Source of the DNA: Amoebidium appalachense
Taxonomy: Eukaryota; Protista; Ichthyosporea
Assembly: GCA_963693365.1 (NCBI GenBank)
Contig: CAVNZM010000017.1
Span: 186,001-250,000 of the forward strand
Length of the DNA: 64,000 nt
Direction of reading: 5' to 3'
Shown: one piece after another, positions 1 through 12,996 of the stretch
Layout of the letters: the number at the start of each line of letters is the position of its first letter
How positions within the stretch are numbered: position 1 is the stretch's first letter
The notes under the pieces: model-generated
Databases searched by the model: none
What the model was told of the DNA's origin: nothing
Seen by the model: only the letters and a program-made list of their open reading frames with translations
Position numbers and translations under genes: made by a program

Positions 1-109
1 TCATCAGTGCCATTTTTTTCTTCCCCTTTCCCTTTTTTTCCTGCATTCGGACACACACAAAGGGGTTGAGCCTTGGAGAAAAGGGAAGAAGGTGACTAGA
101 TGGTGGTGT

Positions 110-157
<48 letters not shown>

Positions 158-1192
158 GATGCAACCATGATGTTTGCCTGGCTGTGTATGCGCCGCTCAG
201 TTAAGTTACTTCACCAGTCCCACCTCCCCCCCCCCCCCCCCCCCCCTTCCTTTTCTGAACTCCATCAGTGCTGTATCCCTTCATATGTGTGAGTTTCAAA
301 AACCATGTCTATTTTAGCACGTTCAAACACTCCTCCCCTCTCCCCTTCAGATCTGCTCAGCCAACCAGTCCCTCCCCTCCCCCCCCTGCTTCAATTCGAC
401 TTGATGTCACCTCTGCAGAACGGGGGGAGGGGGGGGGGGGAGGGGCGGGATGCGCCGGATATGCATGCCTTTTTTTCCCTTTCTATCCCCCTCCCCCCCT
501 CCCCCCCCCCCCCCTCCCCCCTCCCCCCACCCCGGCTTCCCCTTCCCCTCTTAGTAAGTCTTTGCTGTTCAACCTAGTCAACTTCCCTTCTCTCCCACCA
601 GACGCGCTGTCACCTCTCTTCTTTTCAATTTGAGCTCAGCATACAAATTTATAGGCGCTTTGACTGCATGAGGTGGCGCCTTGGAACCTGAAGTGTGTGT
701 GTGTGTGTGTCTCGGGGGGAGGGGGGGGGGGGGGGGGAGGGGGGGCCGTGGGCGACGGTGTGCGCCCATGCTTCGGCAAGGGATAGTGCCACATCATAAT
801 TAGTATACGCCTCCCCCATGTACACATGCATTGATAAATCGACTCAATTGTGCGCGCAGGGGTCAATAAAAAAAACTTACGTGTACATCTTTATTTTTCT
901 AAAAAAAAAAAAAAGAAAGAAAGGAAAAAGGGGGGTTTACGCTGTTTACTCGAGGCAAAGAGAACCAGTCTCAGGTATGGGGGGGGGTTTTGCTCGGAAT
1001 ATCCCCTCAGCGGTATATCATGATCACGTACATAGATGTCGGGTGGTGACTATATATCAGGGTTTACTTTCTCTACGAGACACCATAAAGACTACAAGGA
1101 GAAATCAATTAGTTGGGGTTCCCCGTTTTTTTTTTGTTTTTTTTTTTTGTTTTTTTAAAGGGGCTCCCCTCGGGACACTCGGTATCAGCTGG

Positions 1193-1279
<87 letters not shown>

Positions 1280-1283
1280 TGCG

Positions 1284-4200
1284 CTATAATTTTGTAGTGA
1301 TGTGTTTCTCAAGCCAATCAATACATCTAATAAACAGGTCGTAGTTACGCGTGTTTAGTATAAAATCAAGGATGTTGTAATTTACAGGTAGGCTATCTTT
1401 CTGGGTGTCTGTTGTGAATGTGACGTGTGTGTGTTGCGGTATTATGTGGTCTATCAAACTACATTTGGCGATACATGACCGGTTAAACTTGTGTGTGTGT
1501 GTGTTGTTTGGGCATGCAAATGATGCCACCTTATACTTATTAGATCTCCACTGTATAGCACGTGTACAGTAAAAGCGTGGTAATTGATCAATAATACCAT
1601 CAGCTAGAGAAAGACCAGTTCTACAGGAAGGTAATATGTATTTAGGTGTTATACACTTGCGAGTGCCATATTTGGCAATATGGTTGAGGCGGTCAGTATA
1701 TATAAAACGAGACATAAGGCTTAGTTTTTCAAGGTGTATGCTTTCATCGGGTCTAGTGTCGTGTGGTATCTTTTTCCATTTGTTATATTGCGTGATTATC
1801 TTGTGATTGTGTACATGTTTAATAAGTAAGTGGCAGTCCAAAGTCACACACACACTATTGCGGGGTTTATTTGTATTTGTGCCCAGGGGAGAAGGGGAGA
1901 GAGGGGAGGAAAGAGGGGAGAGGTGAGGAGGGGACAGGTCGGATAGAGAAGAGAGGGTGGGAGGGCAAATACTTCTTTAAGCGGCTTATGTGCTTATTGA
2001 ATTTCAGCGCGAGATAGGATACTCTAGCAGCTATTGGGACCAGACCATATATCGAGAGCGTTACAGGCCCAGGTTTACAACAGTTGTTAGATAGAAAGGA
2101 GGCAACTTCTGCTTCAAGGAAAATTGCCAGGGGTTTAAGCGCTCTAGTTCTCTCTTTCTTGATCCAAGCGGCGAGAAGGGGGTAAACCATATTCACATGC
2201 CGGGAAGACAAAAGTGCGAATAAATGTAAGTCTAATAGAAGGATGGAGGGGTGTGTCTTTAAAAATATTAGCCGAGAAGAAAGCTAACCGCTTACGAGCC
2301 AACTCTACCCTCTTTTCGACCATATGGGGAAACATAACACCAACAGAATCAACCGGAACACCAAGATATTTGTATTCTGGAACTATAGGTACAGGTTTAG
2401 ATGATAATGTAAATGTGTGTAAATTGTTAGCTATATCAGGTACAAGAACACCACATTTGTCTATGTTAAGGATCATAAGGTTTGCCTTGCACCACTCTGA
2501 CACTACATCGAACAATCTTTGCAGGCGTCTAGGGGTACGGGCAAGGAGGGAGAGATCATCAGCATAGAGAAGTGCAGGCGGAAAGTTATTAATAGGGTCA
2601 TCGTTTTCGGCGTAAATCTTGACAGCCAAATCATCTATAAATAGGTTAAACAAAAAGGGGCTAAGCAATGAACCCTGCAAGAGACCTCTAGTACGAGCAA
2701 AACCATATGAAAGATGCCCATTAACCACAGCTCTACCATAGGTTTGAGACAAGAGTGCTTCTAACAGAACACCAATGCAGTGTGGTACACCCCGTGCAGC
2801 AAGCTTTTCCCATAGGAGACCAGGGGAGACAGAATCGTAAGCAGTTTTCCAATCAATAAAGCCAACATATTGTGCACCAACTTGCATAGAATCGTGCAGT
2901 GCCATTATTTGAACATAACATGAATTGTTTTTACGAAAAGCGGATTGGCATGGGTGTATGTGAAGAATAGATTGAAACCTAGGGTGATGTGCAAATAACC
3001 TAAGTAAGCAAGCTTCAAAGAATCTACGAACAACCTGGGTTAGTGTAATGGGGCGAAAGGATGATATGGGGCCCTCAGAGTCCTTCTTAACTATGGGGAT
3101 CACTAAGGTATCTAACCAAGATGACGGGACATGTCCACATTTAACACACCAAGAAAAGAGAGAGCTTAACATGATAGTAAGATCAGGTTTAATAGCACGA
3201 TCACTTTCCTTTTGTGGGTAGGAGGGAACAAGGATTTTAAAAAACCCAGCAGGGAGTCCATCAGGTCCACAAGACTTACTAGAGCTATAACTAGATATCA
3301 CAGACCATATGGCATCGGGACTGAAAAAGGGGAGGATCGATTCTATGGGGATAGATGGGTCTACAGGCCACACAATAGGTTTCTGAGCGGGGGTCCTATC
3401 TTTAAACAGTTCCGAGAAATACTTATCAGAGTCTATGAGGGGGTCTCCAGTGGTATCACCAATAATACGAGCAGGGGGGCCAAATCGATTCATACTAGCA
3501 AGCCGGCGCAAGCTTTCCTTTTGAGACAGGGGTTCACCTAGTCTAGCGGGAGTGGTGTTTGGTAACAAGAGAGCATCGGGATATTCCTTCCTACCACCGC
3601 CAGCATAATCACCGAGATCTATCAAATCATCAACAATAAAGTTAGTGCATGTATCTAGTACGAGATGTGAATCTGGCCTGGCTTGTGCAGATTCTAATAG
3701 GCGCATATATATAGGGTGTTTCGTAGCATAGCATACACATACATCAACTCTACCCCACTGTGACTTAAGCTGGGATAGACGGAGGCGAAAGGTGGGAGGA
3801 GGAGGGGGGAGCAGGTCAAGGGAGATCTTAGGTAGGAAAAGGATAGGAGAGTGGTCAGATGACCTAGAGAGGTTAGGAGGGAGAGAGAGTTTTGACATGG
3901 TTGATGGCCAAAAGGCCACTCCCCACTGTCGGTGTTGTGGGCATGGGATATTTGAGGGAACCGCAAAGTGTGACTTTGGACATACCTTGCTAAAGGGATA
4001 GCACGCTCCGGGGGCTTAGATGGGTACCCGACACTCACTTGCAGTGTGTCTGTGTGGTGGAGTCGCGTGTTAAAATCACCTAAAATAACAGTGGACATTG
4101 GTAACTGTGACAACTCGTGAGTCAATTCGACAACCGACATAGATGGTGGGTAATATACAAAAGTAAAAACATTAGAAAGAAACTCTATAGAAACCGAGAA
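1284..4200 (-). mobile_element. 5'-truncated non-LTR retrotransposon (LINE), APE endonuclease + reverse transcriptase, frameshifted
   Basis: APE motifs VYYPPS, VILGDFN and SDHSPI lie at ~4160-3845. RT motifs in ORF 2144..3919: KSCGPDG, FRPITL, QSAFRK, FIDWKTAYDSV, GLLQGSLLSPFLFNLFIDDL, LYADD, YKYLGV. The C-terminus appears to continue in frames 1867..2211 and 1284..1853 (CPNN..FNRSC..YNILDFILN). Frameshifts near 3920, 2180 and 1900. The APE N-terminus is missing and no TSD was found. Confidence 0.93.
2144..3919 (-). pseudogene. Reverse transcriptase ORF of the LINE (largest uninterrupted segment)
   Basis: 591-aa ORF carrying the canonical non-LTR RT motifs including YADD, bounded by frameshifts on both sides. 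Confidence 0.92.
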
Positions 4201-4267
4201 TTCCGTTTGAGGAAAGCCGGCCAGCCAGTGGCCTCACTCCTCGAGCTCATCCCCCGAGTCGGAGGAC

Positions 4268-5227
4268 TCATCTCCCCGGCGCGGGTCGAGTTCCTCCTCC
4301 GGATCCGGGCCGGGCTGAAAAGCATCCTGCCCAAGATCCCGATCTGGGTGTGGTGCTGGGCGGGGCTGCCCGTTCCTTGCCAGCTCCGCCATTATTGTCG
4401 TAGCGCGTTCTGAAGTAGTCAACGTGCCTGAAAGCAAACGCCACAGACAACCGCCTCATCAGCTGACCAGCTTCGCTCGCCTGGACGCCAATCCTGCCAC
4501 GCCCAGCTGCGCCGCCGAGTGTCGTATTTCCATGCAGCCTGTTGCAGTCACTGTTTGATGGGTCGGGTCAGTGGAATCGACCCGAATAAAAAGGAATCCA
4601 ATGTTTGACCGCTGATCAGTCCGAACGTACGTCTCCGTGACAAACTTCACACACGAAAAATTTTGTCCATTTGTTTTTTGTCCTTTCAAACATAGGTACC
4701 CATTCACAAAGCTTTACATTTGCAACACGGTCAGTACGTGTGAGAGTTAAGACATGAGTATGTGCGCACAGCAGTGCAGAATGAGAGGCACGCAAAGAAA
4801 AAAGTAACGGGTGTGCTTTGCATAATAAGTGGAGGGGGCGGTGGAATTGCTCGTTTCAAGTGTTTTTATGCTAAAGGATGATTTTACCTGTGTAGACCCT
4901 CGTGCGCCGTAGTAGAGAACACAGCGAAGCCTGTGACTCTACCGTGCGGATCTTTTCGGCAAATCAGGTAACCACCGTGGGCAGCCAGCAGATGTACGTA
5001 GTAGGGCAGGGTTGCATGCTTGGTTCCAAAGTCCAGGAGCAGGACGTAGTAAAGTTCCTGTTTTGGTTTAGCATGGTTACAAGCTTTTTTTACGGAAAGC
5101 ATTAGAGTTTAAGGTTACACACGCTTTTCGTTGGCATAGAGTTAGTCTTCCCCCTCCCTCCTCTCTCTCTCCTTCCTTCTCTCTCTCTCGCTCTCTCCCC
5201 CTCCCTCCCTCCCTCCCTTTCTCTCTC

Positions 5228-5289
<62 letters not shown>

Positions 5290-5494
5290 CTGTGTGTGTG
5301 TGTGTGGTGGTGGTGGTGGTGGTGTGTTGTTGTGTGTCTGTGGTGTTTTCACACTGCACCACTGTGTCTCTGCTTCTGTCCCAAATACTTATAGACTCAG
5401 CGTAAGCTAGCCACAACGGCTCAAACGCCACCCAGTCAATGCTACCGGTCAGTCTAGATCTAGGCCTACCATTCGACCTTGCAATTGGTGCCAT
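4268..5494 (-). CDS. Putative spliced gene of unknown function (possibly transposon-derived)
   Basis: ATG at 5494 (MAPIARSNGRP...). Exons at ~5494-5353, ~5085-4888 and ~4711 onward join in frame through GT..AG junctions with matching phases (1, then 2). The stop is at 4459, or at 4268 if a further GTACGT..AACAG intron (~4630-4538) is used. Family not recognised. Confidence 0.4.
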
Positions 5495-6266
5495 TTTCGA
5501 AGCAGTGGAAGCGTTGCGAAGGCACAAAACCTGAGAGAAAACTACCTTCCCGCACGTAGCAGAGTCTGCACTTAACACAAGTAGAGTGTATAGTCGTTGC
5601 ACACACACACACACGGAGGTGACCAGTCTCTATATGGGTGCTATATACTACCTACTAAAAGTGTGCTTAATTTAATCGGGCTGCATGCACTATCACCTAA
5701 GTATCACACAAGTGTTCACACGGTGCTGGAGAGTCTGTGTAACAGTCAGTCATCAATATAACTCCCGGTTTATTATGGATTTGTGGCGGGGTTTATATAC
5801 TCCGCGGGGGAGCACAACCGTGGGAGCACAACACGGTTGTGCTCGATAGCACAACCAATTGTGCTCTCGGGAAAATACATCGGGTAGAAAATACATCGGG
5901 TAGAGCACACAGCTAACCGCGCCCTAGTCCCATCCAGACGGGACTGCAGGCGGTGCGCTCCGAGCCAATCAAACGGCAGTGAGCCATCCAGCTCTTACGT
6001 AACTACGTAACTGCTCACCACAAGATCGGCCCGCGGAGCGCATAATCACACTCGCTAAATAAGCAGATAGACAACGAACTAGCACTAGTAGAATATACTT
6101 AGTAGTCATAATAGTGATATTGGTGTTGTATATTCCAACACTTGACACACGTGTACAAAATCCACATGTACTCGCACAGATGTGCGCACCGTACATTCAC
6201 GCACAAGAAGGTGCATATATTATATAGGTAAGCCAGACCCCCCTCTCCCCCAACACCCCGCCCCCC

Positions 6267-6297
<31 letters not shown>

Positions 6298-6438
6298 AAA
6301 TAAAATAAAATAAAAAATAAAAAATAAAAAGTAAAGGGCGGCAAGTGGGATCAAGAGGGGGGAGGAAGCCACCCCCCCCCCCTCCCCCTCCCCCCCCCCC
6401 CCCCCTCCCTCCCCCCTCCCCCCCCCCCCCCCCCATCA

Positions 6439-6476
<38 letters not shown>

Positions 6477-7072
6477 GCCCGCCGGCCCCGCCCCCCCTCC
6501 CCCCCCTCCCCCTCCCCCCTCCCCCTCTCTATCTTATTTTTCATCAGGCTCGGTAGCCCCTGAATAATTTTTTTCTCCAAAATTCTAGTGTCCTTCATCT
6601 TATATAAGGTGTATTAGCAGCCGGGCCTGAATGTCAGTGAATGACCCCTAGGCCTGTCTGAGGCTATAGCTACACTGCACCGTTCGGAATCGTTTTTACG
6701 CGCGCCAAAAAATGACTCCCGAGGTTCCTTGGTGTTTTCGAATATATTGTTTCCTCTGTAGTATCTTAGAGTGCGTGTTCGGAGTTGGCGAGACCGGCCC
6801 TCACTATGGTGCTGACACAGCACTGCACAGCACGTAAAAAAATAAGACGGTGAAAAGAATGAAACAAACGTCGATGTGCAACAAGCGTGTGTGTAAGCCG
6901 AAAACTACGAAGTCATAGTAGGTGCTCTGGCGGATGCTACATACGAGGAAGTTTGCTTTCTACATTATATACACGAGGATAATTGGCAGCAATATTTGAA
7001 AGGTGTGCAGGCCGAAAGCCTGCCACAAACTAAAAAGGATTTACTACACAGCTTGTATACCGATTTATAAAC

Positions 7073-7423
7073 ATGGCCAGCCTGCTAGTACGTGGGACTG
7101 TTTTCGGCCGTCGGTTCTGCCCAGCCTTGAGTGTGTTTGCTGTAAAAGCGAGAGCGCCCATGCAAGTACGTGTGTACATGTGTACATGTATCTGCCTGTG
7201 CTGTCGGGTTAGGACAGTACTAGTTTGCGCATGCGTACACGAGTTTTGTCGTTCATGTCCAGGTGTGTGCGTGTGTGTGTGTGTGTGTGCTAGTGTGTTT
7301 GCGTGCGTGCGTGTGCTGGGAGGGGAGAGGGAGGTTTCAAGCGTGTGTGTGTGTGTGTGGGGGGGGGGGGGTCCTTTTTGTTGCGTGGGCTTATGCACGG
7401 TGCGTGTTGGCGTCCCGCGTGAG

Positions 7424-7496
<73 letters not shown>

Positions 7497-8342
7497 AGGT
7501 GGAGGATAAGGGGATGGGTCGAGGAAGCGACGAGTTCTTGAAGTGGGTGTGTGGATGTGTGGGTGTGTGCACACGCTTGCTCCTCGACACGTGTGTGTGG
7601 CTTCGCGTGCATAATGGTGTGACTACGGTGTGTGTGTGCCTACTTGTGTGTGAGTGTCTGTGCACGCCTGCGGAATTGCAGTTCCGATTACACATGGCGC
7701 AAACCAGTGCTTGCCCACACTTTCATCCCTCCCTCCCTCCCTCTCTCCCTTCCCTCCCTCCTTCCCTCCCTCCCTCCCTCCCTCCCTCCCTCCCTCCCTC
7801 TACCTCTCTCCCCCTCCCTTCCCTCCCTCCCTCCCACCTTCCCCCCTCCCGCCCTCCCTCTATCTCTCCCTCCCCCCCCCCCCCCCCCCTGCGCGCAGCA
7901 CCCACTCTCTTCCTTCTCTGGTCTACTGCCTGTCACTCAACCTCTATGTATGCTTGCCTTCTCTTCTGCCCACTGGCGGACCTTTGAGGCTACCAACAAA
8001 CTACCCTTTTTCTTTCAAAACATCCCCTTCCGCCACTCCCCCTCCCCCCACCCCCCCTCCCCCCACCCCCTCCCTCCCGCTCCCCCCAAATCACACGCAC
8101 ACACTTTTTTCTCCTCTTACCACCATGGGTGTGTTTCTGTTGCTTGTGTTTCGAAACCTTGCTTGTCTACCTCTACCCTCATACTTTGGCCGTTGTTAAA
8201 TTTACCAAACCTTGCAAACCTTGCTCTGCCGTTTCTCTCTCTTGTGTCTCGTCCTGAGTTCATCTAGCTTTACTTTATAGCAACCACTAAATTGCTACGA
8301 TTGCCGAACACGCCAAATCCACCAAACACATTATCCTCCCCT

Positions 8343-8374
<32 letters not shown>

Positions 8375-9086
8375 CCTCGCTCCCGCCCCCCAAACACACA
8401 CACACATAAACACACACACATGCAGACACATACATCGGGCCAAACAGACAGACACCCACCTACTCACTCACCACAAAGAACCCACTTCGTGTCGTGAGAT
8501 GTGTACCCCACCCAACCAGACACACACAGACACACACGTACATGCACAAGCGCGCAGGTGCCTGGCATGACACACACTTTTCACCCCTTGAAGCCCCCCC
8601 CCCTCCCCCTCCACCCACCCACCCCCTTTCTCCTCCGCCCTCCTGCCCCATCTCGATTCCCCCTTCAGGCTTCCCCTTCCCTCTCTTCCTTTCTTCCTCT
8701 CTTTTTTCATTCCTTGGTCATTTCTCCTCTTTGTTGTTATAGCCTCACGATTAGAACACAACCCTCTGCGCCGCAATTTGCTGACAAATCCCCCTTGTAT
8801 GCAGGCTAGACCTTTTTTGAGCGCATCACCTCAGAGAGTGTTTACTTTCCCCTCGATAGTATTACAGAGATACTTTAGCAGCCAACATGGAGGGCACGAG
8901 AAAGCACTGAGGGACTTGGGGGACAAGTTTGGCGAGGCCAGGCTGGAGATAGAGGATGCAAGGGAGTCGGGTAGGTGATTTGCTCGAGGGTGATTGTGAT
9001 GTCATGGTGTGAAATGTCCAAGGTGAAAACAGTGTACTTTTTGACCGTTTGTTTAGTTGTGTGATGTGGGTTGAGGTTTTTTTTTT

Positions 9087-9147
<61 letters not shown>

Positions 9148-10208
9148 TGTGGGTGGGTCCTATGCTGGAAGGTTGCCATGGGGTGTGGTGTGTGTGCGCG
9201 CAAATGGTTGGCTAGGCACACAGGGAAGGTTTATGCACATGCATGTGGAGGTTGCACACATTGCACACAGACACATTTTCATCGTGTGTACTCACGGTGT
9301 AGTGTGATACCGTGTGGGTTATGAGTAAACAGCCTGAATATCGGACACTCCTCTAGCAATGACGCCATGTGCACTATTTTTAGACCGAATTACCAGAACT
9401 TTCGATGTTAAACGAAACGTATACCACTTACCTATCACCTACTAAAGATGGTCAGTGTTAGGAACTATTCGTGTGACTAGGGACCCTACGGGCTTTGCGG
9501 TGTCACTATGTTTGGTGGGTTGGGATGTGGGCGTGTATGTGGTGTGCGGGTATCAGCAGGATCTTTGTTGATTTATTCTTTTTTTTGTGGGGGGGAGGGG
9601 GGGAGAGGAGAGGCTCAGTGTTTGTGTGTGCGCCTCTTCATTAGGTTGTCTGCTGTTATTTGCACGTTGTTTCTCGGAACCCAATTTTTCTGTCGCCCCC
9701 CCTCCCCCCCCTCCCCCCCCCCCCCCCCTTCCCCCCTCTTCTCTTCTCCGCCCCTCTCCTGCGCGGGGGTAATGTGTAAGTGTGTGTACGTGTGGGCATA
9801 GGTACGAGCAGATACCTGTGTGCCCATGTATCTCCCTCGTTTGGTGCTGGTTTGAGTGGGACCTTTTGTCTTTTTTTGTTTTGTTTTGTTTGTTTGTTTG
9901 TTTGTTTGTTTGTTTTTGTAAAGGAGGGTGGGCATAGATGGGTAAGGTGGGTGGGTGAGTGGGTGGGTAGGTTTTTTTTTTTTTTTGTTGGGGGAGGGGG
10001 ATGGGGGAGGAGGCCTAGGCGGCCGGGGGGGGGGGGGGGGGGGTCTGATTTAAAGAAGTAACGAGTCTTTTTGGGACAGTGGGGACTGTCTACTACAACG
10101 AGGATCACAAGGCAGCACAGGAACTAGTGGAGTGAGTGTGCCTGCCCTTCCCCCCCCCCCCCCCCCTCCCCCCCCCCCCCCCCCCCCCTCCCCTCCCCTT
10201 CCCCCCAA

Positions 10209-10282
<74 letters not shown>

Positions 10283-10481
10283 GCCACCACCACCCAATGC
10301 ACACACACACACGCACTCACCATCACTGCTATACACACACACACACACTCACACACACACACACACACTCACTCACTCACTCACTCAGTCACTCACTCAC
10401 TCACACGGCCACCACCACCCAACCCACACACACACACACACCCACCATCACGTCTACCCACCCACACGCACGCACGCACGA

Positions 10482-10512
<31 letters not shown>

Positions 10513-10727
10513 TGTTACCACTACGTGAGTTGCATGACGCATGGGAAAACACCTTGGCACGAGAAAAGCCATGCAAGATGGCAGAAGTTACCTCTTACCC
10601 CCACCCGCCCCCTCACCCTGCCGCTTTCCCTGCCCGAAGGATCCTTAGACGACCAACACTAATCTCTGCGCTAAACCTCGCCGTTCAGGCCTTTTTCGCT
10701 TCCTCTTTTAGAATCTCTGAACAGCCT

Positions 10728-10783
<56 letters not shown>

Positions 10784-10903
10784 GCTTACTGCTACTATCT
10801 CCCGTTCTAAACACCCATCACCTTTCTTCGAGGGGACCATGCGTGTTGTGTTTTTTCGTGTTATCGCTCAAATCCCCCCCCTCCCCCCCCCCCCCCCCCC
10901 CCC

Positions 10904-10936
<33 letters not shown>

Positions 10937-11448
10937 GATGTGCGTTATTTGGCAGGGTGTGAATATGCGTGTGTTGGTGGGTTGCAGTGCCAATCGTATT
11001 GGTCGTCCTGGTGCTGGTTGTGCATGTTCGTGTGTTTGTGGTATGCCTCTGTCTCCCTGTGTGTGTGTGCGTGCGTGCGTGCGTGCGTGTGGTGGTTACA
11101 TCATGTGATGATGGTCGCGTTGGCGGCGGTGGTGTGTGTGAATCACGGTGTGGTTTGTTGTTGTGTGTGTAGAGGTGCCGGGAGGGGGGGGGGGGATTGA
11201 TTTCCTTTTTTCGTTCTTTCTTTCTTTTCCGTTCGAATAAAACATGTCGGAGAAATGGTTGCCTATAACTGATTGGTGGGTTATCACGTCACAGGGAGGT
11301 GCTATCGGACTACAAGACACTACTCGAGTCTGTGGATGGGCCGGTGCACACCAACATCATGCAGACGTGGGGGCTAAAAATAGAACAACTCAAGGGGGAA
11401 CTGAAGGAGTTGGAGGATGCGGGCGGCGACCATCACGACGACCACTGA
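7073..11448 (+). CDS. Conserved small mitochondrial protein, 'embryogenesis-like protein' family (~154 aa, 4 exons)
   Basis: Exons 7073-7165, 8805-8970, 10080-10131 and 11295-11448 splice in phase (0,1,2). Arg-rich presequence-like N-terminus [15 protein letters not shown]. The core [25 protein letters not shown]...[10 protein letters not shown]...[12 protein letters not shown] resembles, from memory, the plant/fungal family motif F.EAR.EIE.A.ES..TVYF.E...[10 protein letters not shown]. Confidence 0.82.
10544..11060. repeat. Dispersed repeat family B, copy 1 (intronic)
   Basis: Blocks GGAAAACACCTTGGCA..CCATGCAAGATG..GCAGAAG, CCTGCCCGAAGGA..TAGACGAC and CGTATTGGTCGT..GCTGGTTGTGCA..GGTATGCCTCTGTCT recur in the same order at 12518-12838. 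Confidence 0.7.
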
Positions 11449-12517
11449 GTTAACTATGGGGTGTGCAACTTTAAGAGGGTTTTGGGCCGGTTTATTGTCA
11501 ACACTTTTTGGTCCTCGGGTCCGGCCAAATGCTGTTTGATGTGCACCAAGCCAATTATATTGCATATAACCCATTCGGGTGTGAACCGACCCGGATACCT
11601 AAAGGAAACCCCCTTTATGTCATTGAGACATCTCAGGATCCGACAACATGGGAACCACATAATCGAGTTGATGTCCAAGTTGTTGACATAACAATCTTTA
11701 GCCACTTTTTTTTATAAAATGCCAAATGTATGAAGAAAATGTGAAATGAAAAATGTATTTTATGTTACAAACATGAAGAGTAAGTATGCGAAAACAATAC
11801 AAAAACAAATGGCTGTGAATATAGTGCCGGTCACCATGGTGTCAACCAATCTGTCAACGAGAGCAAGAGCGAAATTTCGTCGGTTCCCAGAAATTCCTAT
11901 TTAACATGTTGATAGATGTGAGTTTTTATGTCACGTTTTACCTCTTTCCCTACGGGTGTCTGCTACACTGGCTGGCAATGTGAGCACTTTAGACTTTTTG
12001 TTGAATTCTGTTGGTCGTCACATTGAGTATTTATATGATTTTCACACAGTGTTCAGGTATCTCAGTATGCACTTGTTACTGGATAACTCGTGAAGTTTTT
12101 ATTGTCTTCTCAGTATGCCGTGCATACTTGCATATCTTTCCGTCGAATAAATCCAGTCAAAAGGATAAAATTCCTGTGTCGTCAAATCTTGAAATGCATC
12201 TTACCACCCCACATTGCCCACTGCAATATGATCATTAACAAGGGACCATATCACCCTTAAACAGTTGCGGGGCCTAGGCCAGAGTTTATGATTAAGGTTG
12301 GTTGTTGGAACAGTTCTTTCTACTGATCTGATATTCGGCATTGTCTGTCGCTGACTCGGCTCTGTTGGTGATGTGGTGTTTGAAAGACGGATATCCATGT
12401 GTTGTGTTTTTGTTTACAGTAAGTACTTGGGTTGATCAATTCCATCCGTCACAGTTTTTTTTTTTTTCCTTTTCTTTTTTTTGTGTGTGCATGTGTGTGT
12501 GTGTGTGTGTTGTATGT

Positions 12518-12566
12518 GGAAAACACTTTGGCATGGGAAAAACCATGCAAGATGCATTGCAGAAGT

Positions 12567-12608
<42 letters not shown>

Positions 12609-12838
12609 TGCCCGAAGGACCCATAGACGACAAACAACTACGTATACTGGCTGAAACCTCGCTTTTTTTTTTTTTTTTTTTTTTTTTCCCGTCTACCCCT
12701 TGAGATCTAGAGTCTGACCAGTCTTTTTTTTTTTTTTTTTTTTTTTTTTTCCCTTCTTTTTTTTTCCCCCGTATTGGTCGTTATTCAATGCTGGTTGTGC
12801 ACACTCGTGTGTTCGTGGTATGCCTCTGTCTGCCTGTG
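12518..12838. repeat. Dispersed repeat family B, copy 2
   Basis: Collinear homology with 10544-11060; the blocks are separated by pure C and T runs. Confidence 0.7.
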
Positions 12839-12920
12839 CGTGCACGTGTGCGTGTGCATGTGGCTGCATGTGCGTGTGCATGTTCGTGCATGTGTGTGCT
12901 TGTGCGTGCTTGTGTGTGCG

Positions 12921-12996
<76 letters not shown>

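Noticed and set aside
1-1190. Short ORFs at the window start
   Set aside because: They are mostly homopolymer translations; the unique snippets (580-830) are too short to assign.
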